Origin: Hormiphora californensis
Lineage: Eukaryota > Animalia > Ctenophora
Direction: 5' to 3'
DNA length: 64,000 bases
NCBI GenBank assembly: GCA_020137815.1
Contig: CM035353.1
Coordinates: 5,208,001 to 5,272,000, forward strand
Notes under the pieces: model-generated
The model's database searches: none
Told to the model about the DNA's origin: nothing
Seen by the model: the letters and a program-made list of their open reading frames with translations, nothing else
Program-made: the position numbers and the translations under genes
Part shown: piece by piece, positions 1-11,800 of the stretch
Layout: the number at the start of each line of letters is the position of its first letter
How positions within the stretch are numbered: the stretch's first letter is position 1

Positions 1-1
1 T

Positions 2-1033
2 GAAACGGATCATATTGAATACCCGACAGAGGCCGAAGTTACAGCCCTGGAAATTGTTCTTTTCACTATGTCCGTATTAAGGTTGATTGGAGAGATTTTT
101 GATTTTATCTATTCCATTACTGATCATTTTAGCTGTATTGAAGGAGTAGAAAAGAACGCAAAAAGATCAGGGTGCAAGAAAGAAAGAAAATTTTTTCAAA
201 ATCTTAAAGCCTACTTCTCTAACATAGATAACGTCACTGAGCTTATCCTCTACTTCAGTACAATTGTCTATGTGTGGAGTGGTGAATATCTTTGGTGCAA
301 AAAGATGTTTGCTTTCGTAGCCGTCACTTCTGGTTTTTGGAACATGTTTCTTATATCTCGATATGTTCCACATATCGGAATTTATTATATCATGTTCCTT
401 CGAATTTTAAAAACATTTTTTTGGATTATTCCACAAATGGCATTTTTTCTCGTTTCGTTTACAATAGTTTTCACATTCGCGATTAATGATGATATAGTTA
501 ACTTTGCAAGCAGTGGAAAGCCATATTATTGGGTGTGGACAAGATTTTTTAGTAGTTTGGAGTATGACGTTATTGACATAAACGAAGAAGAGAGAAGCGT
601 ATATCTGGCACTTGCTACATTTTTCATCTTTGGTTTACTGATTAATCTTATTTTGTTAAACTTAGTAACTGGACTGGCGATAGATGATGTTCAGAAAATC
701 AGGACTGAGTCAGAGAAACAAGAGAAAATAGGTCAGATTAAAATGATAAGTATCGGAGAAAAAATTTGCTTTTATCTAAATAAAGTAAGTTATCTAGGCA
801 TTTGTAAATGGATAGAGGCATTAATACCAAGGCAACCCGATGTTTTTAATGGTCCAATGAAAGATTTTTCGGATGAAGGTATTACTAAAATGTATGCCAT
901 CACCTCTAGAAAGTTCTACAATACTATTGAAAACGGGAAAGTAAAGTTGCAAGAAGAAGTGAAGAAGTTGTCTGATGAAAATGTTAATGTCCTGGTACAG
1001 ATGGCACAAGCTATGACTGTACATAGCGCTTAA
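2..1033 (+). CDS. TRPA-like transient receptor potential cation channel, C-terminal transmembrane/TRP-like helix region (5' partial, continues upstream of window)
   Basis: The frame is open from base 2 (ETDHIEYPTEAEVTALEIVLFT...) through ORF 68..1033. It has several hydrophobic helices, the S4-S5 linker 'GIYYIMFLRILKTF' and the S6/post-S6 motif 'LILLNLVTGLAIDDVQKIR', resembling TRPA 'LMNLLIGLAVGDI..V'. Confidence 0.85.
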   Translation, partial: ETDHIEYPTEAEVTALEIVLFTMSVLRLIGEIFDFIYSITDHFSCIEGVEKNAKRSGCKKERKFFQNLKAYFSNIDNVTELILYFSTIVYVWSGEYLWCKKMFAFVAVTSGFWNMFLISRYVPHIGIYYIMFLRILKTFFWIIPQMAFFLVSFTIVFTFAINDDIVNFASSGKPYYWVWTRFFSSLEYDVIDINEEERSVYLALATFFIFGLLINLILLNLVTGLAIDDVQKIRTESEKQEKIGQIKMISIGEKICFYLNKVSYLGICKWIEALIPRQPDVFNGPMKDFSDEGITKMYAITSRKFYNTIENGKVKLQEEVKKLSDENVNVLVQMAQAMTVHSA

Positions 1034-1380
1034 TCTTATTTTTGAAGTTGGGGCCAGCACACACCTACGGCAAAATTTCAAACCCAGACACACCAGCGAT
1101 TCTCTCCTCTATTCTCATTTGTCATCCAACGCGATAGTTTGACATCTAACGCGAAATTTTAACAGCGCAAGATTGAAGATTGTTACTGTGAGAATAATAA
1201 TAGGAGAGAGGGGTGTGTATGGGTTTAAAATTTTTATTCTAATTTTGCCGTAGGTGTGTGCTGACACTTAGGCCCATGATCCCTAGGATACTAGGACCTA
1301 TAGGATCAACCCGTCTGGCAGTGACTTGGGCATGTCCCCCCCTGTGAGCGGGGCGAGGCAGTGACGATCTTAAAGATTGA

Positions 1381-3969
1381 CAAGATACCTAAAATTTTTC
1401 GTCTATCGTATTTTTTTTCGATTTATCATTAATTTTAAGCATTTTTCAGAACTTTTTATCGTCTAGAAATATGTGCAAAATAGGGGGTCTACTGATAAAT
1501 GAGAGGCACAATTTAAAAATTGATAACGTAATATCTCCTGTTCCTGATTAGATAGAGAAACCGTTTCGGTAGGGTGGAGACACACTGAAGTTGGCCGGCG
1601 CACTCGTTCAAATCTCAACCGCCATTATAATTTTTGACTGAGAAATAATTTGCAAGAGGCTTATTTCTTTACTGGTACATCTCTCGAAGTGTTCTTTATC
1701 CAAACAGAGTCAATATCACCGTTTTCGGTATTTTCGCCGAATTTGGACAGACTCAGTAGACTCAGTTAGGATAATAGTAGAGTCGATAAGAACACTCACC
1801 TCCTCCGATTTCAGTGAAACTTCTCACATGCTAACATATGATAATGGAGGTACAAATACCGCTTATTTTAGGTCCGAAAAACTTTTGGTTCGTTAATTAT
1901 CGCTAATTGAAAAACGCCAAAAATGGGCTAAAATGGCCCTTAAGGTGGATTTGAAATTTTGGAGTTGGAACTCCAGACTTCGTACAGGTGTCCGCTAGGA
2001 TGCCAATATGCACCACAGGCGGGCTCAGGCCTAAATTCGTCCGAATTTTTGCGTAAGGCCGGATGGCGTGAATTTTGGTCACGTGATTTGGGCAAAAAAT
2101 CAGTTTTTTGCTATTTGTGCCTTTCCTGCACGCCGGAGATGAAAAATAAGGCCATTTCCTCTCATTTATTTTTCTTTCTGCATCGATTAAGCAGGCTATG
2201 AACCTCCCTTACTTCAACGCTTCAGAAGTTAGAGTTTTGCAAAAAAAGAGCGGGAGACTAGATGGCGTCAATTTTGTAAGGCGATTTGTGTCTTTCCTGT
2301 GCGTCTGGGATGAAAAATGATGTCAAAACGTGTCATTTTCATCATATTCTGCATCGATTAAGCAGGTTATAAACATCCCTTACTTGAGCGGTTCAGAAGT
2401 TAGCCGAGGTCACGTGACCAAGATTTACGCCATCCGGTCTTACGCAAAAATTCGGACGAATTTAGGCCTGAGCCCGCCTGTGGTGCATATTGGCATCCTA
2501 GCGGACACCTGTACGAAGTCTGGAGTTCCAACTCCAAAATTTCAAATCCACCTTAAGGGCCATTTTAGCCCATTTTTGGCGTTTTTCAATTAGCGATAAT
2601 TAACGAACCAAAAACTTTTTGGACCTAAAATAAGCGGTATTTGTACCTCCATTATCATATTTTAGAATGTGAGAAGTTTTACTGAAATCGGAGGAGGTGA
2701 GTGTTCTTATCGACTCTACTATAAAGAACACCTCAAAAGATGTACCAGTAAAGAAAGAAGCTTTTTGCAAATGATTTCTCAGTCAAAAATGGTTGATTCC
2801 AAATTTCCGCGAAACTTGAACTTCGAACCTCACGGCTCCTTGCACCTCTGGAGATCTCCGCGGGAGATCCCCCGTTGATCTCCCAGAAAATTATATTTTT
2901 CACCTTTTGTTTGAATTTGACAAATCTTGGATGTAACCGACTAATTTGGACCCGCTGAACACGATGCTGCCCACAGAAAAGCTCTCAAAAATCAAGAACA
3001 TGCTCAAAATTGACATTTTTGTTCACGGCTAAAAATACACATAAACAATTTTGAGCATCTTCTTGACTTTTGGGAGCTATTCCGAGGGCGGGATCGTGTT
3101 CAGCGGGTTCAAATTAGCCTGTTACAACCGAGATTTTTCCAATTCAAACAAACGGTAAAAATATATAATTTTCTGGGAGATTTCCCGAGGTGCAAGACAG
3201 AGAGAGTAAGTATGTGTCACTCGGTTGAGATTTGAACGAGCCTGCCCAACTTCAGCGTGTCTCCAGTGGAGACTCTCCAGTTGCTAAGTTGAAAATTAAA
3301 AATACACAATTTTAAAGTTTTGCAAGTGTATTGGGATGTTCTAGGGACTAATTTCCGTGTTTTGAAATTTTAAAATTTCAAAATTTTTTCCCGATTTTTT
3401 TCCGATTTTTCACCGAAAATAAGGGTCACAAAAGTGGCTTGCGATTCAAAGTGGCTCAACCGTTTGGGCTGAAACTTCAAATATCAGTAGAAAATTACCC
3501 ACTGAATACCAGACATAATGTTCGAAAGCGATATTTTGAGTATACAGCAAGGTATACAAAATATAGTGCTCCATTGACTTCATTAACCCTAAAATTCCCA
3601 TTATTTACGCAAAAAACGCGGGTTATGAAAGTCGCTTGCGATTCGAAGTGGCTCAATCGTTTGGGCTGAAACTTCGGATATCAGTAGAAAATTACCCACT
3701 GAATACCAGACATAATGCTCGAAAGCGATATTTTTCAACTTAGCAACCCAGGGCTCCAGTTAGAGATTTGCGTTGGAAAGGTCTTATTATGACCAATCCA
3801 ACGCAACCAAGATCAAGTCGTTATTTATCTTTTGAAGAACCGGAAACGTTAATTTCGATTTGCGAGATGCAGTGAGTGTGCCCAGTAAACCCAGAAAAAT
3901 TCTGAAAAAATGCTTAAAATTAATGATAAATCGAAAAAATACGAGAGACGAAAAGTTTTAGGTATCTTG
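1381..3969. mobile_element. Older TIR element hosting nested MITEs
   Basis: CAAGATACCTAAAATTTTTCGTCT... at 1381 is inverted at ~3895-3969. No TSD is recognisable. Confidence 0.6.
1775..2721. mobile_element. Non-autonomous long-TIR element with TAG...CTA termini and 3-bp TSD (Academ-like)
   Basis: Inverted arms of ~300 bp start TAGTAGAGTCGATAAG, with TAA on both flanks. It is nested in a larger TIR element. Confidence 0.75.
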
Positions 3970-5073
3970 CTTTATCTAACCGCAATATAATCATTAGAAT
4001 AGAATGTTAGATTTAGCATGTATACCGCAATATAATCATTAGAATAGAATGTTAGATTTAGCATGTATGTAAGAACTTAATTAGTGAACATTTATTTTTG
4101 ATTATATTAATATAAGACCAGTGTACGTATGCATTTCAGACTTTTTACGAAAAACAATTAAAAACATATTTATCGTTTACTTTTGTTATGTTTGAAAATC
4201 TCTAATGATGATCCTCTGAGCGTACGGGATACCATCACGGATAGTGGATCTTATATCTTGGCTATTATAGATCAACACACGGGCAAAGGTTCTCACCATG
4301 TGTTGATGCAATTAGCATCAGAATTTGATGCCGGGTATTTTCCAGTACTCACAAGGCCTCAACCTATCTCCCAATATCGTCAGACTCAGTCTAAACCGTC
4401 TGGGAGTGGTGTGTGTGTGTGTTTGAACCTCCCGTACTTCCTCCCACTTTGCTGGTGTCTTACGGGGCCAGCTCCCGGCGAATCAAAATTCTGGCGTTCC
4501 TCCCGAGCACCCCACACAAAGAGTTGCTCAGTAGTTCCACTAGTCAGTCCTGTCCAGGGACCCTCCATGGAGGATCCCCTTCGAGGGAAAGGCTAGCTTC
4601 ACATTCGGTCCGCTTTTGTTAAGTTTGCCGGTTACTAATCCAGACACACAGCTGAGAGCACCAGTGTATTTCCACCAGTCTTACGTTACTGGGTTTCCCC
4701 AGAAGTAGGTATATTGCCGAGCGATGACGCGGCTTCTCTGCCCACACGTAGATGAGAAACGTCATTTCTTCTACCAGCACTTGCCATTTAAGGCCAGAAT
4801 CCTGCTTCAGGACCAAAGTGGTGGCTCGGACCACCGATTGGTACTCTATGTACCTAATCGGCCCAGTTTGTAGTGCTTCTAATACGCAGTCTAGTGAAGC
4901 GGCACTCTCCCTCAAGGGGTGCTCCATAGCCTGTCAGCCTAAGGTGGCAACCATTGGGATGCTCTTTCGAGCTCGTTTTGTACCACCCTTCTACATTTTA
5001 ATGTCTGGGCGGCCCAACTCTCCGGATTATACTATCTGCCTGGGGTGGGGGGCCGGTTTTGATTAGGCAGATT

Positions 5074-5500
5074 CTATTTGAAGAGACCAGATTTCTTTAT
5101 CAGTGCAGTTAGTTTGCCTAGGTCGATTTTCTGGTCTTTGTCGTAGATGTTTTGTTTTATGTTTTGGTATCCCAGTGTGTATCTGAGATGATCTAGATCT
5201 GGGCATGTTATTAGGACATGTTCCGAGTTCTGTTTTTGGTTGCATAGAGGGCAGTTCGGATTCTCTCTTGGATCTCTGTGTGCTAAGGAGGAGTTCAAGT
5301 TGTTTTGTCCTAAGATTGCCAGTGTGACGTTTCTCATTGTGATCTTATCTGTGAACCATATTTTTCGGTAGTCTTTGTCTATCTTTGTCATTACCGCAGT
5401 GGTAAATTTGTTGTAGTTTTTCTCTTTTAGCTTTGTTTCTGCCACTGTTTTGCAGTAGTCAGCCAGTTTCTGGTCTTTGTCATATATGTTTTGTTTCTAT
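5074..5500 (-). mobile_element. 3' end fragment of an I-group-like LINE (C-terminal CCHC)
   Basis: 'CPLCNQKQNSEHVLITCP' has the Cx2C..H..C knuckle typical of non-LTR ORF2 C-termini and is followed shortly by the stop. Confidence 0.65.
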
Positions 5501-5551
5501 CGGAAATTTAATTGTTTCAATATCAAGCAAAAGTGAAAGAAAAATCTATTA

Positions 5552-5625
5552 AGTCGCATGACCGGGATTTGAACCCGGCACCTTATGTTTCTTAGCCCAT
5601 TTTGTGGCCATTAGACCACGGAGAC
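5552..5625 (-). ncRNA. tRNA-like sequence (degenerate tRNA or SINE head)
   Basis: Minus strand has A-box TGGTCTAATGG and B-box GGTTCAAATCC with T-stem CCGGG/CCCGG. The acceptor and anticodon stems pair poorly, so it is probably not a functional tRNA. Confidence 0.6.
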
Positions 5626-5726
5626 GTTAGGTAAAGTGAAATTCAGATATACTTATACTGTGCCGAGATTAGAAATTTTGGCAGAGGTTCCCCAGGGGCA
5701 CCATGCCCCTACTCGGTTTTTTTTTA

Positions 5727-5932
5727 GGAGGTTCACCCGTCGCAGTACTCTGGTACGTGCTGTATTCTGGGGCCTGTCAAAGAGCTGACAGGGGGCTGGG
5801 GGTAAGAGCTGGCATCACTCATATTCAAGGAGGTTCACCCGTCGCAGTACTCTGGTACGTGCTGTATTCTGGGGCCTGTCAAAGAGCTGACAGGGGGCTG
5901 GGGGTAAGAGCTGGCATCACTCATATTCAAGG
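5727..5932. repeat. Perfect 102-bp tandem duplication
   Basis: aggaggttcacccgtcgcag...cactcatattca is repeated twice. Confidence 0.9.
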
Positions 5933-6753
5933 TTACAAATCTTTAAATTTGTCTTTGTTTGATCTCACAACTAGGGCTCAGCACTTTGGCACCTGGTTTG
6001 AGGGTGTGTCACAGGGCTGGTTCCCTCATTAGATTTGTACTGGGCGAGCTGATAGGGAAGAGAAGGGAGAAGATCAGCTGCCTCGAGAACAGATCTCTAA
6101 GTTAATACAATTGACCGCATTGTTATGTCACATCAGGCGAACAGTGACGCGGCTAGGGGCTGATAGGGGAAAAGAGGGAGGAAAGTTTTGGAGAGGGGAA
6201 AGAGAAATTAAATTTTGAGAGGAAGGCGAGAATATCAGTGCCACAGAGAAAACAGCAATACCAGGTTCTGAAATCTCCCCCTAGCTGGGAGTGGTGCAAA
6301 AAGGCTCAGAAGTCAGATTAAAGATATGACTTTTTCTTCTTCTTCGAGTGTCGGGTGTGACACCCTAAAGAACTATCGCGACTTTCGTCATTGCGATTTG
6401 GTCGACACTGGTGTGAGTGCTCGTGAGTGGCATAGATTTGACTTCAGTGTTAATTTTGACCCACTTCCTGTTGACAGACAAACTTCTCGGGTATTTTCCA
6501 GTAAACAAGGACCAATTTGCAGTCTCATGAAACAAGCGGGATGTAAATCGGTCCAGTGGATCACGTGCAAGATCTCTTGAAAGACACGACCCTTTTTTAG
6601 GGGGCGGAGCCGACACCTGTGTGGCGTGTGCGGGGGTCGCACCAGGTGTCTATGTGTCACCAAAGGGTGGCATATATAAATAGGCATATTAATATGCCTA
6701 TTTATATATGCCACCCTTTGGTGACATTATTATTATATTATTTTTATTACATA

Positions 6754-6852
6754 CAGTCGGACCCCGATTTAGGGCCCCCCGATTTAGTGGCACCCCGATT
6801 TAGTGGACAAAAGCCTTTCCCCCGAGGGTGTCCCTAAATCGGGGTCCGACTG
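6754..6852. mobile_element. Tc1/mariner-pogo-type MITE (TA TSD); copies at 36306..37133 and 38941..39112
   Basis: All three copies read TA|CAGTCGGACCCCGATTT...AAATCGGGGTCCGACTG|TA. Confidence 0.85.
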
Positions 6853-6956
6853 TATTATGTATTATCTGATAGAGTTATTAGTCGAGTTTGGGGGAAAAAG
6901 TGCTTGTACTATAGTAATTTCACAGCATAAAACAGCAGGGGATTTTGCACAAATCA

Positions 6957-7066
6957 GGGTCACCACACACCAACGTTAAAATTAAAATTTTGATTTTAAC
7001 GCCGCACACACCAGCGGCCGTTAATGATTAATTAATTTTAATTTTAACGTTGGTGTGTGCTGACCC
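6957..7066. mobile_element. Palindromic GGGTCA(C/G)CACAC MITE family (Harbinger-like); copies at ~1051..1267, 13181..13449, 52558..52951
   Basis: GGG...CCC termini, with 3-bp TCA flanks in this copy. Members share termini but differ in their internal palindromes. Confidence 0.7.
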
Positions 7067-7094
7067 TCACATTCAATCCAATATCACTTGTAAG

Positions 7095-7904
7095 CTGGGA
7101 CAATAATTAGTTCGATATCACAGTTTCTCCACTTCCTTTCAATCTTAAAGTTGAACTTCACAAATTTCTCCACTTCTAAGCTCCTCAACTACACAAATTT
7201 CACCTCCTCCAAGATCTTGAAGTTGAATATCACCAATTTCTGGAATCCTGGATTTTGAACTTTCTGGTTCCTGCCGCCCTGCTTTATCCTCCCCTCTGCC
7301 GGTGCTACAATTTTGAACAGGTCCCTGATGTTCTGCATCAACCTCTTCATCGTTCTTACAGTTACAGATATCATTTGGTATCCCAAAACAACCAGTCAAA
7401 GTATTCAACAGATTACCAAACCTTTTTTTCAAGACTTTAAAATAAGGACCAACCAGATCGAATATAAGTTTATTGTACAATATCGGATTGAGAACCGAGT
7501 TAAGAGGCAAAATGGCGATTGAGAAGGTCTGGTACCATGATGTCATATCAAAAACCTCGGCCGTGTGAAGGACACAACACACCAGGAATGGAACCCAACA
7601 ACAAACATCAGAGACAATGATAGCCGTGATTTTGCTCTGCATCCGACAATTCGTTTTAGCAACTGCAGCACCAAGTGGAGCCTCTCCCTTCCGCGATGAT
7701 ATAATAGCGATGATCAGGTGACTCACTGCCACAATAATGATACAGATACAATGAATGGAGAGGCCGAGGAGCCAAACAAAAGTCGCCTGAGGTTCCATCG
7801 GACGGACAAAGTACTTAAAAACACAGGAAGCATCGTTACCGTAGAAGGACTGCTTCGCTCCTGTCACACCTCCCACGTCGCTAGTAAACATGGCACCAAC
7901 ACTT
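7095..7904 (-). pseudogene. Distal tandem duplicate of the GPCR 3' end (ECL2 end, TM5-TM7, C-tail)
   Basis: ORF 7145..7891 is nearly identical to the last ~250 aa of the GPCR. It lacks the 12-bp TDLY segment and has no upstream gene body. Confidence 0.85.
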
Positions 7905-7928
7905 TATCGAACTAATTATTGGCCCAGC

Positions 7929-8752
7929 GCTGGGCCAATAATTAGTTCGATATCACAGTTTCTCCACTTCCTTTCAATCTTAAAGTCGAACTTCACAAAT
8001 TTCTCCACTTCTAAGCTCCTCAACTACACAAATTTCACCTCCTCCAAGATCTTGAAGTTGAATATCACCAATTTCTGGAATCCTGGATTTTGAACTTTCT
8101 GGTTCCTGCCGCCCTACTTTATCCTCCCCTCTGCCGGTGCTACAATTTTGAACAGGGCCCTTATATTCTGCATCAACCTCTTCATCGTTCTTACAGTTAC
8201 AAATATCATTTGGTATCCCAAAACAACCAGTCAAAGTATTCAACAGATTACCAAACCTTTTTTTCAAGACTTTAAAATAAGGACCAACCAGATCGAACAT
8301 AAGTTTATTGTACAGGTCTGTGTACAATATCGGATTGAGAACCGAGTTAAGTGGCAAAATGGCGATTGAGAAGGTCTGGTACCATGATGTCATATCAAAA
8401 ACCTCGGCCGTGTGAAGGACACAACACACCAGGAATGGAACCCAACAACAAACATCAGAGACAATGATAGCCGTGATTTTGCTCTGCATCCGACAATTCG
8501 TTTTAGCAACTGCAGCACCAAGTGGAGCCTCTCCCTTCCGCGATGATAAAATAGCGATGATCAGGTGACTCACTGCCACAATAATGATACAGATACAATG
8601 AATGGAGAGTCCGAGGACCCAAACAAAAGTGGCCTGAGGTTCCATCGGACGGACAAAGTACTTAAAAACACAGGAAGCATCGTTTACCGTAAAAGGACTG
8701 CTTCGCTCCTGTCACACCTCCCACGTCGCTAGTAAACATGGCACCAACACTT
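7929..8752 (-). pseudogene. Middle tandem duplicate of the GPCR 3' end, with 1-bp insertion frameshift
   Basis: ORF 7980..8645 matches the GPCR C-terminus. It reads cgtttaccg at ~8681 versus cgttaccg in the other copies. Confidence 0.85.
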
Positions 8753-8827
8753 TATCGAACTAATTATTGGCCCAGCGCTGGGCCAATAATTAGTTCGATA
8801 TCATAGTTTCTCCACTTCCTTTCAATC

Positions 8828-11800
8828 TTAAAGTTGAACTTCACAAATTTCTCCACTTCTAAGCTCCTCAACTACACAAATTTCACCTCCTCCAAGATCT
8901 TGAAGTTGAATATCACCAATTTCTGGAATCCTGGATCTTGAACTTTCTGGTTCCTGCCGCCCTGCTTTATCCTCCCCTCTGCCGGTGCTACAATTTTGAA
9001 CAGGGCCCTGATATTCTGCATCAACCTCTTCATCGTTCTTACAGTTACAAATATCATTTGGTATCCCAAAACAACCAGTCAAAGTATTCAACAGATTACC
9101 AAACCTTTTTTTCAAGACTTTAAAATAAGGACCAACCAGATCGAACATAAGTTTATTGTACAGGTCTGTGTACAATATCGGATTGAGAACCGAGTTAAGT
9201 GGCAAAATGGCAATTGAGAAGGTCTGGTACCATGATGTCATATCAAAAACCTCGGCCGTGTGAAGGACACAACACACCAGGAATGGAACCCAACAACAAA
9301 CATCAGAGACAATGATAGCCGTGATTTTGCTCTGCATCCGACAATTCGTTTTAGCAACTGCAGCACCAAGTGGAGCCTCTCCCTTCCGCGATGATATAAT
9401 AGCGATGATCAGGTGACTCACTGCCACAATAATGATACAGATACAATGAATGGAGAGGCCGAGGAGCCAAACAAAAGTCGCCTGAGGTTCCATCGGACGG
9501 ACAAAGTACTTAAAGACACAGGAAGCATCGTTACCGTAGAAGGACTGCTTCGCTCCTGTCACACCTCCCACGTCGCTAGTAAACATGGCACCAACACTTT
9601 GTCGGATTAACTCCCATGACATGTCTGTACTAGTGTCACGGCTGTGTGACCTGGCAGCCATGTAGCCTCGAATAATTTCTGAGTGTCTCTTCTTATCTAC
9701 AAACCCCGCAAACAGCTTCATGTCCCCGGTGTAAGCCAGGCCATTGACGAAACGATCTTCTAGGGCTGGCATGAGAGGAACAAAGGCAATCAGGGCAGAT
9801 AGACAGATAATGCCAAACTGTGCAATGAACATTTTTCTTTTGTAACTAAAATCAACATCTTCTCCACGCCGAAACTGCAAGGCATTTTTGGTTCCCCTCA
9901 ATCGAAAGCAACTAAGAACCGCCATCGATATTGAAGAAATTCCAGATCCCGTAGCTGTGATAACCCCAAGGATATTACAAGGAATGCTTGTCAACCACTG
10001 TACCTGCTGTTTACAGTACCCTGACCCGTATACGAAGTTCAGCACAAAAATGGATGCCAGGTAGACGCTTGCGAGGATGTCTCCAATTGTTATCAGTCTC
10101 ACAAAGGACCTCTGAACAAAGGCGGCCCGAGAATTTGACTGAGCAGTGAAGAATATTCCTCGGCCAAGGGTATACAGGTTAAGTATAAGTCCAAGAATAC
10201 CAAAACATCCCGCGAAAGCCGATAGCCAATCATGTTCAATGAGCCTCCTAGAGCATTCACTATTACATTCGTCTGTGAGATCGTGACAATCGTACTTGCC
10301 ATCACACACCTGACTGAGAACCAGGAACTGATTATCACACCTAAAGCTATTTAAGCAGTTCTTCTCATCCGAGGCATCCCCACAGTTATCGATTGTGTCA
10401 CATACCGCCGAGTAGGAGACACACTTACTGTTTTCACAAACAAAAAAGTTGTTGTGGAAGTGTTCCTTGTGGGCTACAACAACGGTGAGCGAGCCTGAAT
10501 CTGATAAAGTTAAAACTTTTCTTCGAATGTTAGGGCACGAGTTATGAAGAACGGGCCGTTGGTTCAAGGGACATTGAACCTCGTTCAGGCACATACCACT
10601 ACACGCCATTAGCACATACTGCTCGCCAAAATAAAACCTACAGTCTTTCTTAACCGTACCTGTTATGTAGACCAATTCCTTTTCTTTTCCAAAAAACCCA
10701 CTAAAATCGTGTTTTACTACAAGGCTGGTGCATTGAACGTCAAACGTACGTATGAACTGATTCATACCTGGAAGGCAAGGTGGAGATACTTTTGTAAACC
10801 CGACCACATCACCGTCCAACATGTCATATTCTACTTCAAACTTGGTCTTCGATAGTCGACACATTATCGCCTCATTACCACAACTATCGATCGTATCACA
10901 AACCTGGGTTAGCTCAACATACTCTTCTTTCCGTTCGTCACACCACCAAACCTCAGTACAGTTATCTTGATGGTCCCGGTACCGTGTCGTGGCACCACTT
11001 CCGCAGACAACCCAATTTTCTCTTCTCTCATCTGCATATTCCAAACAATCCGCTTCACCGTCTAGGATCCATTCAAAGGGAATTCTTATTGGACCACGAT
11101 GTGCGTTGAATGACCGAATGCACATTTTTGAAGATAGCATGCAACCTTTTTCATCCCCTCCAGTGAGACAGTCTTCAACTCCATCACATATCAAGTGCTT
11201 ATGAATGTTACAAAACGGTTCTACTTCAAAGCATCGGCTATCTAAACCGTCATCACAGACTTCAAGGTTCTGCCCATTACTCAGAGCAGGGTCTAAACAC
11301 ATGATATAAACGGAAATTCCAGTCAGATAGCCTTCTACCAGACACTTCCCTGCCACTCGGCTTGGATCACTGCAGTTTGTTTGATCATGACCATTGCTAC
11401 AATAGGGATGGCCTGTATAACCAAAATAACTTGATGATAACATTTTCTTGCGGAACGGAAAGCACCTAGACCCATTGTACAAGCGAAATGGGGAACTACT
11501 AGAATCAAGATTGAATTCACAGAACCTTTCCATTCCATGGCCATCCGATTTGTTTTGTTCAATCAAGGGAAGGTCTGGTGGGTGATTTTCAAGTTCATCA
11601 CAGTGTGTGAACGGGTAAACAGCAAAAGCACCTCCTATAGGACAAGCAAAACCATAAATCAGGCCATTGCAGTTTACCTCATCATAGCACGGATTAGTCG
11701 CTGTCAGGGTTAACGACAAGTCATGGTTAAACAATACTGGTAAGTCACACATACCATTACAAATATCCGTTACTCGATAGCTAAAACTGTGAAGCAATTT

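Noticed and set aside
4183-5066. Cluster of 100-137-aa ORFs (likewise 22152-22836)
   Set aside because: These may be decayed TE coding sequence, but no motif could be identified, so no product is claimed.
5552-5625. Functional tRNA gene
   Set aside because: The acceptor and anticodon stems pair poorly. It is kept only as tRNA-derived. Isolated B-box-like motifs at ~12071 and ~30503 lack a cloverleaf.
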